A program made the position numbers and the translations under genes. A model generated the notes under the pieces. It searched no databases and had not been told where the DNA came from. It worked only from the letters and a program-made list of their open reading frames with translations. A stretch of 64,000 nt of DNA from Nitrospirota bacterium (lineage in GTDB: Bacteria; Nitrospirota; UBA9217): NCBI GenBank assembly GCA_963754875.1, contig CAVWHO010000016.1, positions 256,001-320,000 of the forward strand. The letters run 5' to 3'. This document shows positions 30,773 through 41,187 of this stretch, in pieces; position 1 is the stretch's first letter, and each line of letters begins with the position of its first letter.

Positions 30773-32017
30773 TTATATACTTCTCTCGTATCCGCAGAAG
30801 GGGCACCGCCAGGCCTTCTCCTCCTCGTGCCAATTCATTTTCTTACGGCAGGCCGGACAAGTCTTTTTTTTGGGCGATGGTTGGTGATGGGACGTTGATG
30901 ATCTCTTTTTTGGTTCCTGGTATTCGTTGAACGGCAGGTCCGCCAAAGGGACGGCAAAGGGCGGAGATGGATCGGAAATCGGCCCCGAAGCCGGAGCGGG
31001 TTTAGGTGCGTTCGTATGTGCACTTTTCTCTTCGTTTTTATCCTGAACGTCACCCTCTTTTGATTCTTCGTATGCGCAGGAAAAACAAATCCACTTTTTC
31101 TCATTAATGTAGAAATCCATTCGCCCCCCGCACATAGGGCATTTTTTCTGCCATTCTGTATCCTGCGGCGCAGAAGGCTCAGGGATTTCGTTTTTCTGCT
31201 CGCTGCCTCCCTTTTCCTCTTTTAATTCTTCGTATGCGCAGGAATAACACCTCCACTTTTTCTCCCTAATGTTGAAGTCCATTCGCCCCCCGCACATAGG
31301 GCATTTTTTCTGCAATTCCATATCCTGCGGCGCAGAAGGCCCAGGGATTTCGTTTTTCTGCTCGCTGCCTCCCTTTTCCTGGCTGGGAATATCACTTTTA
31401 ATGGAATCCCTGGGCAGGATTGGCTGAGAGGCCGCACTTTCAGCAGCTAGACTTCCGCGACTTTCTTATTGATATAGGTTATCTCTGCCGCAATATCCGC
31501 GAAGAGTTCCCCCACTGCCTTCGAGACGAGTTCCGTATCCTTTTCCCGCGCCGCCATGCCGGTGAGGATCTCTTTTTCTTCGCTCTCAAGCCGCCCTATT
31601 CTTTCCCGCAGTTTCGATATCTCTTCTCTTATCTCCCGCGATTTGGCTTCCATGACTTTAAGCTCGTCGCGCCAGCCGGAGAGGAGCGCTCAATAAGCCC
31701 TTCTCGAGTATTTTAAGCTCCTCAAGCTGATTGTTAACGGCCTTAGCGATATCTTGCCGGCTTACCTTCGAAGTCGTCGATAACGCTTTGATAGCGGCAT
31801 TATAACGCTGTTTCTCGTCAGGAATGATTTCCCGGAACGATTCCACGAGTCCGTGGAATTTCCCGAATATCGTATCCTCACTTTCAATTATTTTTTTTAT
31901 TTCATCGCGAAGACGGTGGATTTTGGATGACAGCTCTTCGCCTCCCTTCGTTTTCACAAAGAGATCGGCAGCTATCCGGGAAAGGATTTCGTTCCTGTTT
32001 TTTTCTTCAGCGCCCAT
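30773..32017 (-). CDS. Coiled-coil plus three zinc-ribbon protein (2 apparent frameshifts)
   Basis: Abutting ORFs 31658..32017, 31447..31653 and 30773..; CPxC...WxCxxCxYE three times. Confidence 0.6.
31064..31380. repeat. Intragenic tandem duplication, 162-bp period
   Basis: 31064-31218 and 31226-31380 are highly similar, each encoding linker + Zn ribbon. Confidence 0.9.
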
Positions 32018-32136
32018 TCATTTTCTCGTTTTAAAGCCCAACTTGTTTATCTTCATGTTATCGTGAGAAATATGATAGCATGCGTTACAGGTGTGGTCAA
32101 TGCTTTAAAGAAAAACTTGGTTCTGCGCCGTTCTGT

Positions 32137-32547
32137 TTACTTGAGGTCAATGCGGCGCCTTTGCGCCAGATACCCCCCGGCCATCCCGGCCGGAAGCATA
32201 CCAACGAACCCTGCGATATCGAACCATGTCGGGATGCCGCCTTCCCGGAAGATCAGCGCAACGATCATTCCGAGGGCCGCGACCAGCACTCCGTGCAGGA
32301 CCTCTGCCCGGTCTGCCATTCTGCCGGCGACGTACCCGCCAAGGACAGTGCAGCCCAGGCCGACGATGAGTCCCAGCAGCAGGCCGCTCATGCTCTTCAT
32401 CCGGTTCATGACCTCTCCCTCGGAAAGGCCTTTTGACAAAAGCGTGCTCGCCAGGATCGCCATAAAGAGCAAGGTCCCTGCGTTGTCCACGAGTGCCCCG
32501 ACAATGACAGCCTTGAACTTGATATCGGAAAGTTTAGGCATCGGCAT
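32137..32547 (-). CDS. Hypothetical 4-TM membrane protein
   Basis: Gly-rich hydrophobic helices (GGYVAGRMA, GGYLA). Confidence 0.7.
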   Translation of the reverse strand: MPMPKLSDIKFKAVIVGALVDNAGTLLFMAILASTLLSKGLSEGEVMNRMKSMSGLLLGLIVGLGCTVLGGYVAGRMADRAEVLHGVLVAALGMIVALIFREGGIPTWFDIAGFVGMLPAGMAGGYLAQRRRIDLK

Positions 32548-32562
32548 ATACGTCCTCAGTTC

Positions 32563-32600
32563 GTAGGTCACGTTTCGAGACGTTGCTCTACCCGACCTAC
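32563..32600 (-). repeat. GTAG-type REP element
   Basis: Minus strand GTAGGTCGGGTAGAGCAACG... Confidence 0.75.
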
Positions 32601-32635
32601 CCGGCTGATGTGTGTGAGCCTCCAGCGCAGAGCGC

Positions 32636-33094
32636 TTAGACTGCTACCTTCACCACGATCTTTCTCACCAGGCACACCCGTTCAGTTGCAAGTCGCGGTG
32701 CATGGCCATCTTCGGGCCAGAGCACGGCAAGCTGCCCGGCAACGAGACGTACGGGCGACCATTTCCCCGGCTCCATCAATCCGTAACAGACGTCCTGGCC
32801 TTCGTCATAGTTGAACGACGCAGTCATCCCGTCCGCTGGCGCCCATCCTATGATCTCCTCGCCGGAAAGAATGTACTGCAGATCAATGTACTTCCGGTGG
32901 TATTCGAACTTCGGCGCCTCGAAGTGGGCGGTCCGATACCGCTGGAGAATGGCAAAGACGCGCTTCTCCTCGATGGGAACGTTACCGTCCGGTAGGTCAA
33001 GAAGGTCCGTTCGGCGCAGGAAATCGATGGCCTGCTGCATCGAGTGGGTCATCAGTATCTGCCGATCAATATGCTTGAGGTCCGTGACGATCAT
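32636..33094 (-). CDS. YhcH/YjgK/YiaL family protein
   Basis: EYHRKYIDLQY, GEE.IG, PEDGHAP, KIVVKV. Confidence 0.9.
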   Translation of the reverse strand: MIVTDLKHIDRQILMTHSMQQAIDFLRRTDLLDLPDGNVPIEEKRVFAILQRYRTAHFEAPKFEYHRKYIDLQYILSGEEIIGWAPADGMTASFNYDEGQDVCYGLMEPGKWSPVRLVAGQLAVLWPEDGHAPRLATERVCLVRKIVVKVAV

Positions 33095-33285
33095 CGCTCT
33101 CCTCCCTGCCGCACAGAAGAATCCTCGTCCTTGGGACTCGTAGTCTTCGGAATAAGTCCACTTAGGACACATCGTCCAAAAATGTCCATTTCTTTAGGCC
33201 AATGCCGCTGCGTTCAACCAAAAACGGCGGTTTCGATCACCGTAGGTTCAGCAAGAGAAATGTACAGGGGTCGTTCAATAGACGT

Positions 33286-33594
33286 TCAGAAAGTTTCGTA
33301 GACCTCGTACATTCCCGGCTCGAATCTAGCTATTGATAGTGCCTCTTCCAGATAAGGAGTAGGAGTCTTACGCATGGTTTGATAGTCGTCTGCGCTCTGC
33401 CATTGTGCATACATGGTGACCTTGGTACCGTCAAGACCGCGATGAAGGCTGGCTGAAACAAAGCCCTTGGCGCGACGTACAGAGGTCTCTGTGGCTCTGG
33501 CAAGCAAATCCAGAAGCTGTTGCTGGTTTACAGGCTCAACGATGAAGACGTTGATGATTGTTATAAGTTTATTGTTTTTTGAGATCGTTGGTAT
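33286..33594 (-). CDS. Antibiotic biosynthesis monooxygenase family protein; ATA at the expected start
   Basis: ITIINVF, GFVSASLHRGLDG, YAQWQS; GGAGG-N7-ATA. Confidence 0.7.
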   Translation of the reverse strand: MPTISKNNKLITIINVFIVEPVNQQQLLDLLARATETSVRRAKGFVSASLHRGLDGTKVTMYAQWQSADDYQTMRKTPTPYLEEALSIARFEPGMYEVYETF

Positions 33595-33670
33595 GGCTAA
33601 TCCTCCTATTGTATTGCTGTAGTTGGCAGCCAAAAGTTGCGTGTCAAGTCATAGCCTCGTTTTTTTGGAA

Positions 33671-33724
33671 GCCTAACGCGAGGGTCAGGCGCTGTCAAGC
33701 GTCGCCTGCACCTTCTTGTTGGCC
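33671..33724 (-). mobile_element. Integron attC recombination site
   Basis: GGCCAAC-N5-GGTGCAGG...CCTGACC-N5-GTTAGGC, with an extrahelical G in L''. Confidence 0.78.
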
Positions 33725-34231
33725 ATCCGCTTTGAATGCTTCATGGAACGTGACGGTTCCCTGCGGAATATGTCCATCAAAAGACAGAGCGAAGAAGACC
33801 TCCTGTGGCACTCCCTCATGCACAAGTCCCGGCACGTTCTTGAACCCGAATTTTCTGTAGTAATCCGGATGCCCCACAAGACACACTCCTTGAGCATGCA
33901 GGCTTTTCAGCCGTGACAAACCCTCCTCGATCAACGCTTTGCCTATACCCTGCCGCTGGTACTCCGGCAACACTGACACAGGTCCAAGCCCGTACCAGTT
34001 CTTAGTCCCGTCCGAAATGGTCACGGGTGAGAAGGCGATGTGTCCTACAACCCGGCCATCAACTTCTGCGACCAGCGATACTGTTAGGGACTTAGCGGCG
34101 CGTAGTGCCGCGATGATGAACTGCTCTGTGTGACTGCTGATCTCCAGGGTCTTAAATGCAGAGACGGTCACATCCCTTATCGTGTCAACATCAGCGGCTG
34201 TCTCGCACCTGATAACGACCTTTGGATTCAT
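33695..34231 (-). CDS. GNAT N-acetyltransferase (YhbS-like), probable gene cassette
   Basis: VVGHIAFSPV, LGPVSVLPEYQRQGIG, VGHPDYYRKFGF; stop codon lies inside the attC. Confidence 0.9.
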   Translation of the reverse strand: MNPKVVIRCETAADVDTIRDVTVSAFKTLEISSHTEQFIIAALRAAKSLTVSLVAEVDGRVVGHIAFSPVTISDGTKNWYGLGPVSVLPEYQRQGIGKALIEEGLSRLKSLHAQGVCLVGHPDYYRKFGFKNVPGLVHEGVPQEVFFALSFDGHIPQGTVTFHEAFKADGQQEGAGDA

Positions 34232-34319
34232 AGATTCCGCCTTGATTAAAGGTGATGCCTATTGATCGTCCACAATGACGAACATGCGGGTTACTTACAG
34301 TTCTTTTTTATAGTTTTTT

Positions 34320-34544
34320 TTACTTTGAAATAAGCAGAGGCAATAAAACTTCTAAAAAGAAAAGTCCCCCGAGAATGATAAAGACTATCAGCATTATACG
34401 ATTTGTCTTCTTGACAGTTTTCTTAAGTTCATTTTTTGGCATCGGCGATCGTTTGATTCCTGCATCTCGCAGTATTTCTCCTGCACGATCTGTACAGGGC
34501 ATGGTCGGATCGTGATGCGCTCCGCATATAGGGCAGAAACTCAT
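34320..34544 (-). CDS. Small membrane protein with CPICGxxH N-terminus
   Basis: 74 aa, C-terminal TM, GGAG upstream. Confidence 0.55.
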   Translation of the reverse strand: MSFCPICGAHHDPTMPCTDRAGEILRDAGIKRSPMPKNELKKTVKKTNRIMLIVFIILGGLFFLEVLLPLLISK

Positions 34545-34758
34545 AGCTGACTCCGTAAGAGATAATTCATAGTAGATCTTTCATTTAACCAGTGATTGAG
34601 CAGTTAGCGCCTGGCATCCAATATTAGATACTTTCGAGGCATATAGTATTATATGCTTTTGAATCTTTCAGTTGCTTGCAGAGGCATCTAATACTATATG
34701 CTTTTTACGTACAGTACCTGCCCTTTTGAATGAGTCAGTCCGATCACGGTCTTCCGGT

Positions 34759-36132
34759 CTAAAATAGCCTTTCCATCGCCTCATCCACAGTCCGCACACC
34801 CATGAGTTCCATCTTCTTAACCGCTGCGGACTTCTCCATCTTCTCGACGTTGAGCATCGGCAGCACGCAACGCGTAAACCCGAGCTTCGCAGCGTCTTTG
34901 ATCCTCGACTCCGCCTGGCTGATGGCGCGCACTTCGCCTGCAAGTCCCACCTCGCCCATAACCACGGTCTGGGCATTGATGGCCTTCTCACGGAAGCTCG
35001 ACGCCACGGCAGCGATCACGCCGAGGTCGATGGCAGGCTCATCGATCTTCAGCCCGCCTACGATGTTCACGAACACATCCATGCCCATGAGGTGCATGCC
35101 CACACGCTTTTCAAGCACAGCGAGCAGAAGAGAGACACGATTGAAGTCCACGCCGATGCAGGTCCGCCTGGGCATGGTGAGCTTCGACGGCGCCACGAGC
35201 GCCTGGAGCTCGGCAAGGATCGGCCGAGAGCCTTCCATAGACGAAACCACGACCGAGCCCGTGGCATCGGCAGGCCGCTCGGCAAGGAACAGCTCCGACG
35301 GATTGGCCACTTCGGCAAGGCCGCCCTCCTTCATTTCGAACACGCCGATCTCGTTCGTGCTTCCGAAGCGGTTCTTGACTGCCCGCAGCACGCGAAACGA
35401 ATGTCCCTTATCTCCCTCGAAATAGAGCACCGTGTCCACGATATGTTCGAGCACCCGCGGCCCGGCAATCGCTCCGTCCTTGGTCACGTGTCCGATGAGG
35501 AACGTGGGCACGCCTGTTTTTTTGGCGTGGATCATGAGCCTGCCCGAAACCTCGCGTACCTGGCCCACGCTTCCCGGTGCAGACGGAAGCTCAGGCGTGA
35601 ACATTGTCTGGATGGAATCGATGACAAGCACCTGCGGCTGGAGACCGTCGGAAGCGTGGAGAATATCTTCAAGCTGCGTCTCGGCAAGGACATAGAGGTT
35701 GTCGGTCTTAACGCCGAGTCGCAGCGCGCGCATTTTGATCTGGGACGGCGATTCTTCGCCGGACACGTAGAGCGCCTTGCCCCGGAGCTCCAAGACCTGT
35801 TTGAGCATCTGAAGGACAAGCGTGGACTTCCCGATGCCCGGGTCACCGCCGATAAGGACCACGGAGCCGGCAACGATCCCGCCGCCGAGCACGCGGTCCA
35901 GTTCGCCGATCTTCGTCACGAAGCGGTCTTCGTCCTTGGCCTGGATCTCTCCGAGCAAGAGCGGCTCCGACCCGGCCGCTCGCTTCGCGCTCCCGAGGTC
36001 CTTGGGCCGTTCCATCTGCTCTTCGACCATGGTGTTCCACGCCCCGCAGTCCGGGCACTTGCCCATCCACCGCGGAGACTGGCTGCCGCAGGACTGGCAC
36101 ACATAAACGGTTTTGGTTTTCGATGGCTTCAT
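34759..36132 (-). CDS. radA: DNA repair protein RadA/Sms
   Basis: C4 zinc finger, GDPGIGKST, KNRFG. Confidence 0.97.
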   Translation of the reverse strand: MKPSKTKTVYVCQSCGSQSPRWMGKCPDCGAWNTMVEEQMERPKDLGSAKRAAGSEPLLLGEIQAKDEDRFVTKIGELDRVLGGGIVAGSVVLIGGDPGIGKSTLVLQMLKQVLELRGKALYVSGEESPSQIKMRALRLGVKTDNLYVLAETQLEDILHASDGLQPQVLVIDSIQTMFTPELPSAPGSVGQVREVSGRLMIHAKKTGVPTFLIGHVTKDGAIAGPRVLEHIVDTVLYFEGDKGHSFRVLRAVKNRFGSTNEIGVFEMKEGGLAEVANPSELFLAERPADATGSVVVSSMEGSRPILAELQALVAPSKLTMPRRTCIGVDFNRVSLLLAVLEKRVGMHLMGMDVFVNIVGGLKIDEPAIDLGVIAAVASSFREKAINAQTVVMGEVGLAGEVRAISQAESRIKDAAKLGFTRCVLPMLNVEKMEKSAAVKKMELMGVRTVDEAMERLF

Positions 36133-36234
36133 GCAAAGTATTCTATTGGTTCATGGCAGGATTGTCAACGCCATTTGCAGCGTGCGTGGTGCGGTACGGG
36201 ATGAGGCGCTGTCACTTTTCATAATTTACCGCCG

Positions 36235-36459
36235 CTACAGCGGGTCGTTGTCCAGGGCTTCCCGCACCCGTGCGACGAGATCTTTCGAGGAAAAAGGTTT
36301 CATGTTAAACCGCTGCCCCTTATCAAGCAATCTCCCTGTTCTGGATCAGGTCCTCAGAGTATCCGCTCGCAAACAACGCTTTCACTTTTGACTTTTTTTC
36401 CCTGTTCGCAGTGTAAGCCTCTATGCCGTTCATTCTCGGCATGATCACGTCGAGGATCA
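36235..36459 (-). pseudogene. Receiver-domain remnant
   Basis: ILDVIMPRMNG...ASGYS.../...KPFSSKDLVARVREALD; 5' part missing and frame broken. Confidence 0.65.
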
Positions 36460-36511
36460 AATATCGAAACAAAAGAATAGGCCCGGCAGGGTATTTTTAG
36501 GGTATGGTTGG

Positions 36512-37000
36512 TCAGAGGCTTAATACGCGGTCTTTCCGCTTAAACAGGACGACATCATAGGGCATGATGTCGTCAACTGACCTACGTTCCAGCTCAACGA
36601 ATTGAGCAGGGATGTCGGGGAAAAAAGCGTCCCCCTCGATCTCCCGGTGGATAATAGTGAGATAAATTTTATCCACCTGGGCAATAGTCTCGCGAAAAAC
36701 GACTTCACCACCGCAGATGAATGCCTCGTTCGCCCCGGCGCATGCGGCAAAGGCCGCGGCCAGGTCGTGGACGACAGTACACCCGGGAGCGGAATAGTCC
36801 TTTCGGTGTGTAAGTACAATGTTCGTTCTCAGGGAGAGCGGCCGACCGATACTTTCGAAGGTCTTTCTTCCCAGGATGACCGGATGCCCCCGGGTGATCC
36901 TGTGGAACCGTCTCCGGTCCGTGGGCAGGTCCCAGGGCATTTTATTATTCAGACCGATCACGCGGTTCTCGGCCATGGCGGCGATGATGGAAATGATCAT
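36512..37000 (-). CDS. folA: Dihydrofolate reductase
   Basis: AMAENRVIG, MPW, GRKTFESI, GDAFFP. Confidence 0.93.
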   Translation of the reverse strand: MIISIIAAMAENRVIGLNNKMPWDLPTDRRRFHRITRGHPVILGRKTFESIGRPLSLRTNIVLTHRKDYSAPGCTVVHDLAAAFAACAGANEAFICGGEVVFRETIAQVDKIYLTIIHREIEGDAFFPDIPAQFVELERRSVDDIMPYDVVLFKRKDRVLSL

Positions 37001-37076
37001 GGTCCTCAGTGCTAAGATGGCGATTCCTGAGAAATGCGGCCTCTTTTCAGTATTTAATCATATTATACCTGATTAT

Positions 37077-38327
37077 TCAACATGAACAAGTGTCCTCCTC
37101 GATAAACCTCGCACAGACAAAACAAAAAACCGCCGCCACCAGGATCATACCGGGTGTAATCATGAGCGCGGCCCTCAACCCTCGCAAATCCGAGATCCAC
37201 CCGAGCACGGTGGGCGAAACAGCGTCTCCCAGCGCGTGGATAAAAAAGATGTTCAGGGCAAAAGCCATGGCGCGCATACCCGGCCGGGTCACGTTTACAA
37301 TCACGGTGTTGAGCGGCCCCGTATTCAGGAACAGGAAAAATTCTGCAAAGAACATTGCCGCGATGCATCCGGAGAGCGAATGCGTAAGCAGCGACCATGC
37401 CGTGATCGGCGCACCGAGGAGGAACCCCCAGCCTGAGACCATCAAATACCCTCTGCCGTGCTTCTTCTGAAAATGATCGCCGAGCCACCCGCCGGTCAGC
37501 GTGCCGCTTATCCCTGCAACTACCGTGATGCCTCCGAACAGCGTATTCGCTTTTGCCACATCCAGCCCGTGTTCACGAAAGAGGAACGTGGGCATCCATT
37601 GGGCAAGCCCTCCAAGCGCGAACGTCATGGCCGCCATGGCCAACGTGTTCAAAACGAACGAGCGGTTCGAGAAGAGCGATCGGTAGCTGTTTCCCGTACC
37701 CGCTGCGGGGTACGGTGCATGCGCTTCCCTTCCTCCCCGGACAGGCTCGTGCAGAAGCCAGAGTGGGATCGTAAGCAACAATCCGGGAACGCCTGTTAGG
37801 AGAAAGGCCGCATGCCAGCCGAACAGGTGTCCTAAAACGCCGCCAAGGAGATATCCCAGCGCACTGCCTACGGGAATCGCAAGAAAGAAATAGGACAAGA
37901 CGCGGCCGCGAAGTTCCCGGGGGTAGTAATCGGCAAGGAGTCCCGGCGATACGGTGCCGAAGCTTGCCTCGCCGATGCCCACGGTCGTGCGGGCAGCAAA
38001 GAGCGCTGAGTAGCCGGCAGCAAAACCGGCCCCGCCAGTGGCAAAGCTCCAGATTGCAAGGCCTCCTGCAGCGAGCTTTACCCGGCTCATCCGGTCGCCG
38101 AGCCATCCGAGAATCGGCGCAGATACCATGTAGCAGACCATGAAAGCGCTGCCGAGAAAGCCAAGAGCGGTATCAGAAAGATGAAAATCTTCTTTGATCA
38201 AAGGAAAGACTGCATACAGGACCTGGCGGTCGATATAGTTCAGGAGGTTGACGGAGAGGAGAAGCAACATGGCGTAGCGGCCATAGTTAGCAGGCATTTG
38301 ATATTTTTCAGATTCATCATATCGCAT
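37077..38327 (-). CDS. MFS transporter, spinster-like
   Basis: NLLNYIDR, GWLGDRMSR, GIGEAS, ~12 TMs. Confidence 0.9.
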   Translation of the reverse strand: MRYDESEKYQMPANYGRYAMLLLLSVNLLNYIDRQVLYAVFPLIKEDFHLSDTALGFLGSAFMVCYMVSAPILGWLGDRMSRVKLAAGGLAIWSFATGGAGFAAGYSALFAARTTVGIGEASFGTVSPGLLADYYPRELRGRVLSYFFLAIPVGSALGYLLGGVLGHLFGWHAAFLLTGVPGLLLTIPLWLLHEPVRGGREAHAPYPAAGTGNSYRSLFSNRSFVLNTLAMAAMTFALGGLAQWMPTFLFREHGLDVAKANTLFGGITVVAGISGTLTGGWLGDHFQKKHGRGYLMVSGWGFLLGAPITAWSLLTHSLSGCIAAMFFAEFFLFLNTGPLNTVIVNVTRPGMRAMAFALNIFFIHALGDAVSPTVLGWISDLRGLRAALMITPGMILVAAVFCFVCARFIEEDTCSC

Positions 38328-38452
38328 GAGTTATTTACAGTGATGTTCGTCATCAAGAATCAGCGATTGAGCACGGGTTTTGTAAACTGCGTCGAAATTT
38401 CTATGGTACGTTTTTCGACTTTCGACGGTACGCTGGCCACTCTTGTTCGAAA

Positions 38453-39157
38453 TCACATCTTTCCCTCAAGGTACTTTTTCCTTTTTCTCTCAGGGAACCG
38501 CTCGATCGCATACCGCAGCATGGTTCGCGGCATTATTCTATAATGCCGTTGCAAGAACTTCTCCTCGGCTCGCAGATCGCGCTTCCCGACCTCTCGCAGC
38601 ATCCAGCCGACCGCCTTGTGGATCAGGTCATGTTCATCGTTCAGGAGTAGTCGGGAGATCTTCAGCGTGTCCGAAAAATCATTCTGCCTGATGAATGCAG
38701 ACGTTGCCAGGATCGCTATCCGCTTCTTCCAGAGGTCTCGTGAGGTTGCAAAGCGGTAGAGCGGCTGCCTGCCTTTGTCAAGGAGGTGCTGTCCCACGAT
38801 GTTCGGGGCTGAAAGATCAACAAGGTCCCAGTTGTTGATAAAGCGCGTATTTTTGAGGTAAAGGGAATAGATTTTCTTTTTTTCTGCATCATCGCCGTGA
38901 ACGTAAGCGCCCACGAGCAGGAAGAGCGCGAGCACCCTCTCTTCGTGAATTGACGATTGGAGAAGCGTCATCATATCGTCAACGGATGTATTTCGGCAGT
39001 CTTTGACAATTTTTCTGAGCACGGGAACGGTAAGACCCAGGAAAACATCGCCCTCGCCGTACTGTCCCGGCCCGGTTTTGAAAAAACCCTGAAGTAACTT
39101 GGCCTTATTCTTGTCAGCAAGTTTGCGGACTTTCTTTCGGATTTCAAGTAGCGTCAT
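38453..39157 (-). CDS. DNA alkylation repair protein (AlkD-like)
   Basis: FFKTGPGQYGEGD, NNWDLVD, HKAVGWMLREVGK. Confidence 0.9.
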   Translation of the reverse strand: MTLLEIRKKVRKLADKNKAKLLQGFFKTGPGQYGEGDVFLGLTVPVLRKIVKDCRNTSVDDMMTLLQSSIHEERVLALFLLVGAYVHGDDAEKKKIYSLYLKNTRFINNWDLVDLSAPNIVGQHLLDKGRQPLYRFATSRDLWKKRIAILATSAFIRQNDFSDTLKISRLLLNDEHDLIHKAVGWMLREVGKRDLRAEEKFLQRHYRIMPRTMLRYAIERFPERKRKKYLEGKM

Positions 39158-39208
39158 GGAAACCCTCTGAATATCTTGGCCTCAATGCAAATAGAGAATA
39201 ACTTCATC

Positions 39209-39988
39209 TTATGTGCAGTTTCCCGCTGGCTTTTGCCGTATCTCCGAGGACTTCCGCGGCAACTGAGAGGCCTGTATGTTCTTCTCCTGATCCAAACGGC
39301 CCACAAGCGCAGGAAAAAAGGGCGGTACTTCTGAAGTGAAGGAGAGTTCCTTCCCGCTGAAGGGGTGCCTGAAAGATATCGACCGGGCGTGAAGCGCCAT
39401 GCGCGGCTGCGCGTCGTCTGCTTTTCCGTACTTGATATCGCCGACGATCGGGTGCCCGATGCCGGCCAGGTGGACCCGTATCTGGTTCTTCCTGCCCGTG
39501 TGGAGGGTGAGTTCCAACAAAGAATATCTTTTCGTCATCCGAAGCACGGTATATGCGGTTTGAGAGAGCTTGCCTTTGGTGCTGTCCGATGTCGTATAAA
39601 CGTTATACTGTTTATCCTCCGCCAGGTACGAAGTAATCGTGCCCGAACTCTTTTCACACCTGCCGTGCACAACGGCAAGGTACTTCTTCTCGGTCTCTTT
39701 CCATCGGTCCTGCAAACGGAACTTCGCTTCTTCGCTCTTCGCAAAGATAAGCGTCCCCGAGGTGTCCCGGTCCAGCCGGTGGACGACGAAAAGCTGTTTC
39801 CTGGATCTGCCGCAGCCCTTGCGGATGTAATCCGTCAGGATAGAATGTGCAGTGCGCGATTTTTCCCGTTCCGTCGCAACGGTCAGAAGGCCGGCAGGCT
39901 TGTCCACCACGAGGATGTCTTTGTCCTCGTACAGGACTGCGAGTCCTTTCGGCAAAAATTTCAAACTTGAGGATAATGGTTTCCGCAT
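39209..39988 (-). CDS. RluA family pseudouridine synthase
   Basis: VDKPAG, HRLDRDTSG, TGRKNQIRVH, HPIVGD. Confidence 0.93.
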   Translation of the reverse strand: MRKPLSSSLKFLPKGLAVLYEDKDILVVDKPAGLLTVATEREKSRTAHSILTDYIRKGCGRSRKQLFVVHRLDRDTSGTLIFAKSEEAKFRLQDRWKETEKKYLAVVHGRCEKSSGTITSYLAEDKQYNVYTTSDSTKGKLSQTAYTVLRMTKRYSLLELTLHTGRKNQIRVHLAGIGHPIVGDIKYGKADDAQPRMALHARSISFRHPFSGKELSFTSEVPPFFPALVGRLDQEKNIQASQLPRKSSEIRQKPAGNCT

Positions 39989-40133
39989 AGCAAATATTCT
40001 CTTATCAATTATCGGGTGTACTTGGGAAGTCGCAAAAGATTTAGCTGCCCTTCGGAAAGGACCCAATCGCGGCAAATTTCATCTAGGAAAAAGAACTGTC
40101 TCCAAACTCAATTAGCTGCGATATCATCTCGAC

Positions 40134-40952
40134 TTACGCGTATTCCGCGTGGTCCTCGCCGAAAACATAGTGGATGATCTCCCATGCTGTTTCTTCGATG
40201 GATTTATTCGTCGTGTCCACGACTTTCCAGCTCCGGTGTCGCTTAACGAGGTCCTGGACGAACTCGACTTCGGCAAAGACTTTCCTGAAGTCGCTGTAGC
40301 TGGATTTAAGCCCGAATTGTTTTTGGCGGGCCAGTCTCACTTTCTGGAGGGTCTCAGGGTCGACACTGAGACAGACGATCTTGTATTGGTCGATCTTGAA
40401 GAGCTCCTCCGGCAGGTCGATGCCCGGAACGATCGGCACGTTGGCGACCTTGTAACCCTCCTGGGCCAGGAAGAAGGAAGTCGGCGTCTTTGACGTCCGC
40501 GAGAGACCGACGATGACGATGTCCGCCTCCCTGAGGCGCTCGGCATCCCTGCCGTCGTCGTGTCCGAGCGTATATTCGATCGCCTCAATGCGTTTAAAGT
40601 ACCGTTCATCGACCTTTCTGAGCAGGCTCGGGGTTTCGAGCGGTTCCTGCTGCAGATAGGACCCGAGATTGTTTATGAGCGGACCTAATATGTCGAGATA
40701 GAACATGCTGTTCTTCACGCAATACTCGCTGGCGGAGTCCCTCATCTCTTTTTTGACGAACGTAAACGCGATCAGTGCCTTCTCGGACTTGGCCTGGAGA
40801 AGGACCTTTTTCAGACCGGCTTTTGAATCGATATCGTGAAAAAGTATTATCTTGGTGTGGGCATGTTCGAACTGCACCAGGGCCGCCCTCAAAATGTGCA
40901 GGCCGCTCTGGCCCGTGGCATCGGAAATGATATAAATTTTTTTTGCAGGCAT
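40134..40952 (-). CDS. ppsR: PEP synthase/PPDK regulatory kinase-pyrophosphorylase
   Basis: SDATG, YFKRIEAIE, HDDG, GLSRTSKTP. Confidence 0.88.
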   Translation of the reverse strand: MPAKKIYIISDATGQSGLHILRAALVQFEHAHTKIILFHDIDSKAGLKKVLLQAKSEKALIAFTFVKKEMRDSASEYCVKNSMFYLDILGPLINNLGSYLQQEPLETPSLLRKVDERYFKRIEAIEYTLGHDDGRDAERLREADIVIVGLSRTSKTPTSFFLAQEGYKVANVPIVPGIDLPEELFKIDQYKIVCLSVDPETLQKVRLARQKQFGLKSSYSDFRKVFAEVEFVQDLVKRHRSWKVVDTTNKSIEETAWEIIHYVFGEDHAEYA

Positions 40953-41187
40953 TTTATGTTCTGTCCGTGAATCGATAATAGGATTACAACGTCTTTTTCT
41001 CCCGTAGTACCAGCGGGGGAAGATAATGGATACAGCGGGATGCTGCTTTCATAAATGACCATAGCAAATCAAAAACAGCCTGTCAACGAAAATAGGAACC
41101 AGGGCTTCAGCTCATCGGTCGGAGCTGGACAAAGACCACGGGCGCAGAACATAATGTCCGCCCTGCGCCCGTGAAGAGAGGTACCTT

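Noticed and set aside
31064..31380. Direct repeats as a possible CRISPR array or DGR template/variable pair
   Set aside because: Only two long in-frame coding units, no spacers, no cas or reverse transcriptase gene in the window
33240..33288. TGA ending the ABM gene as a second Sec codon
   Set aside because: Falls at the expected end of the domain, with no SECIS-like hairpin or protein-like continuation
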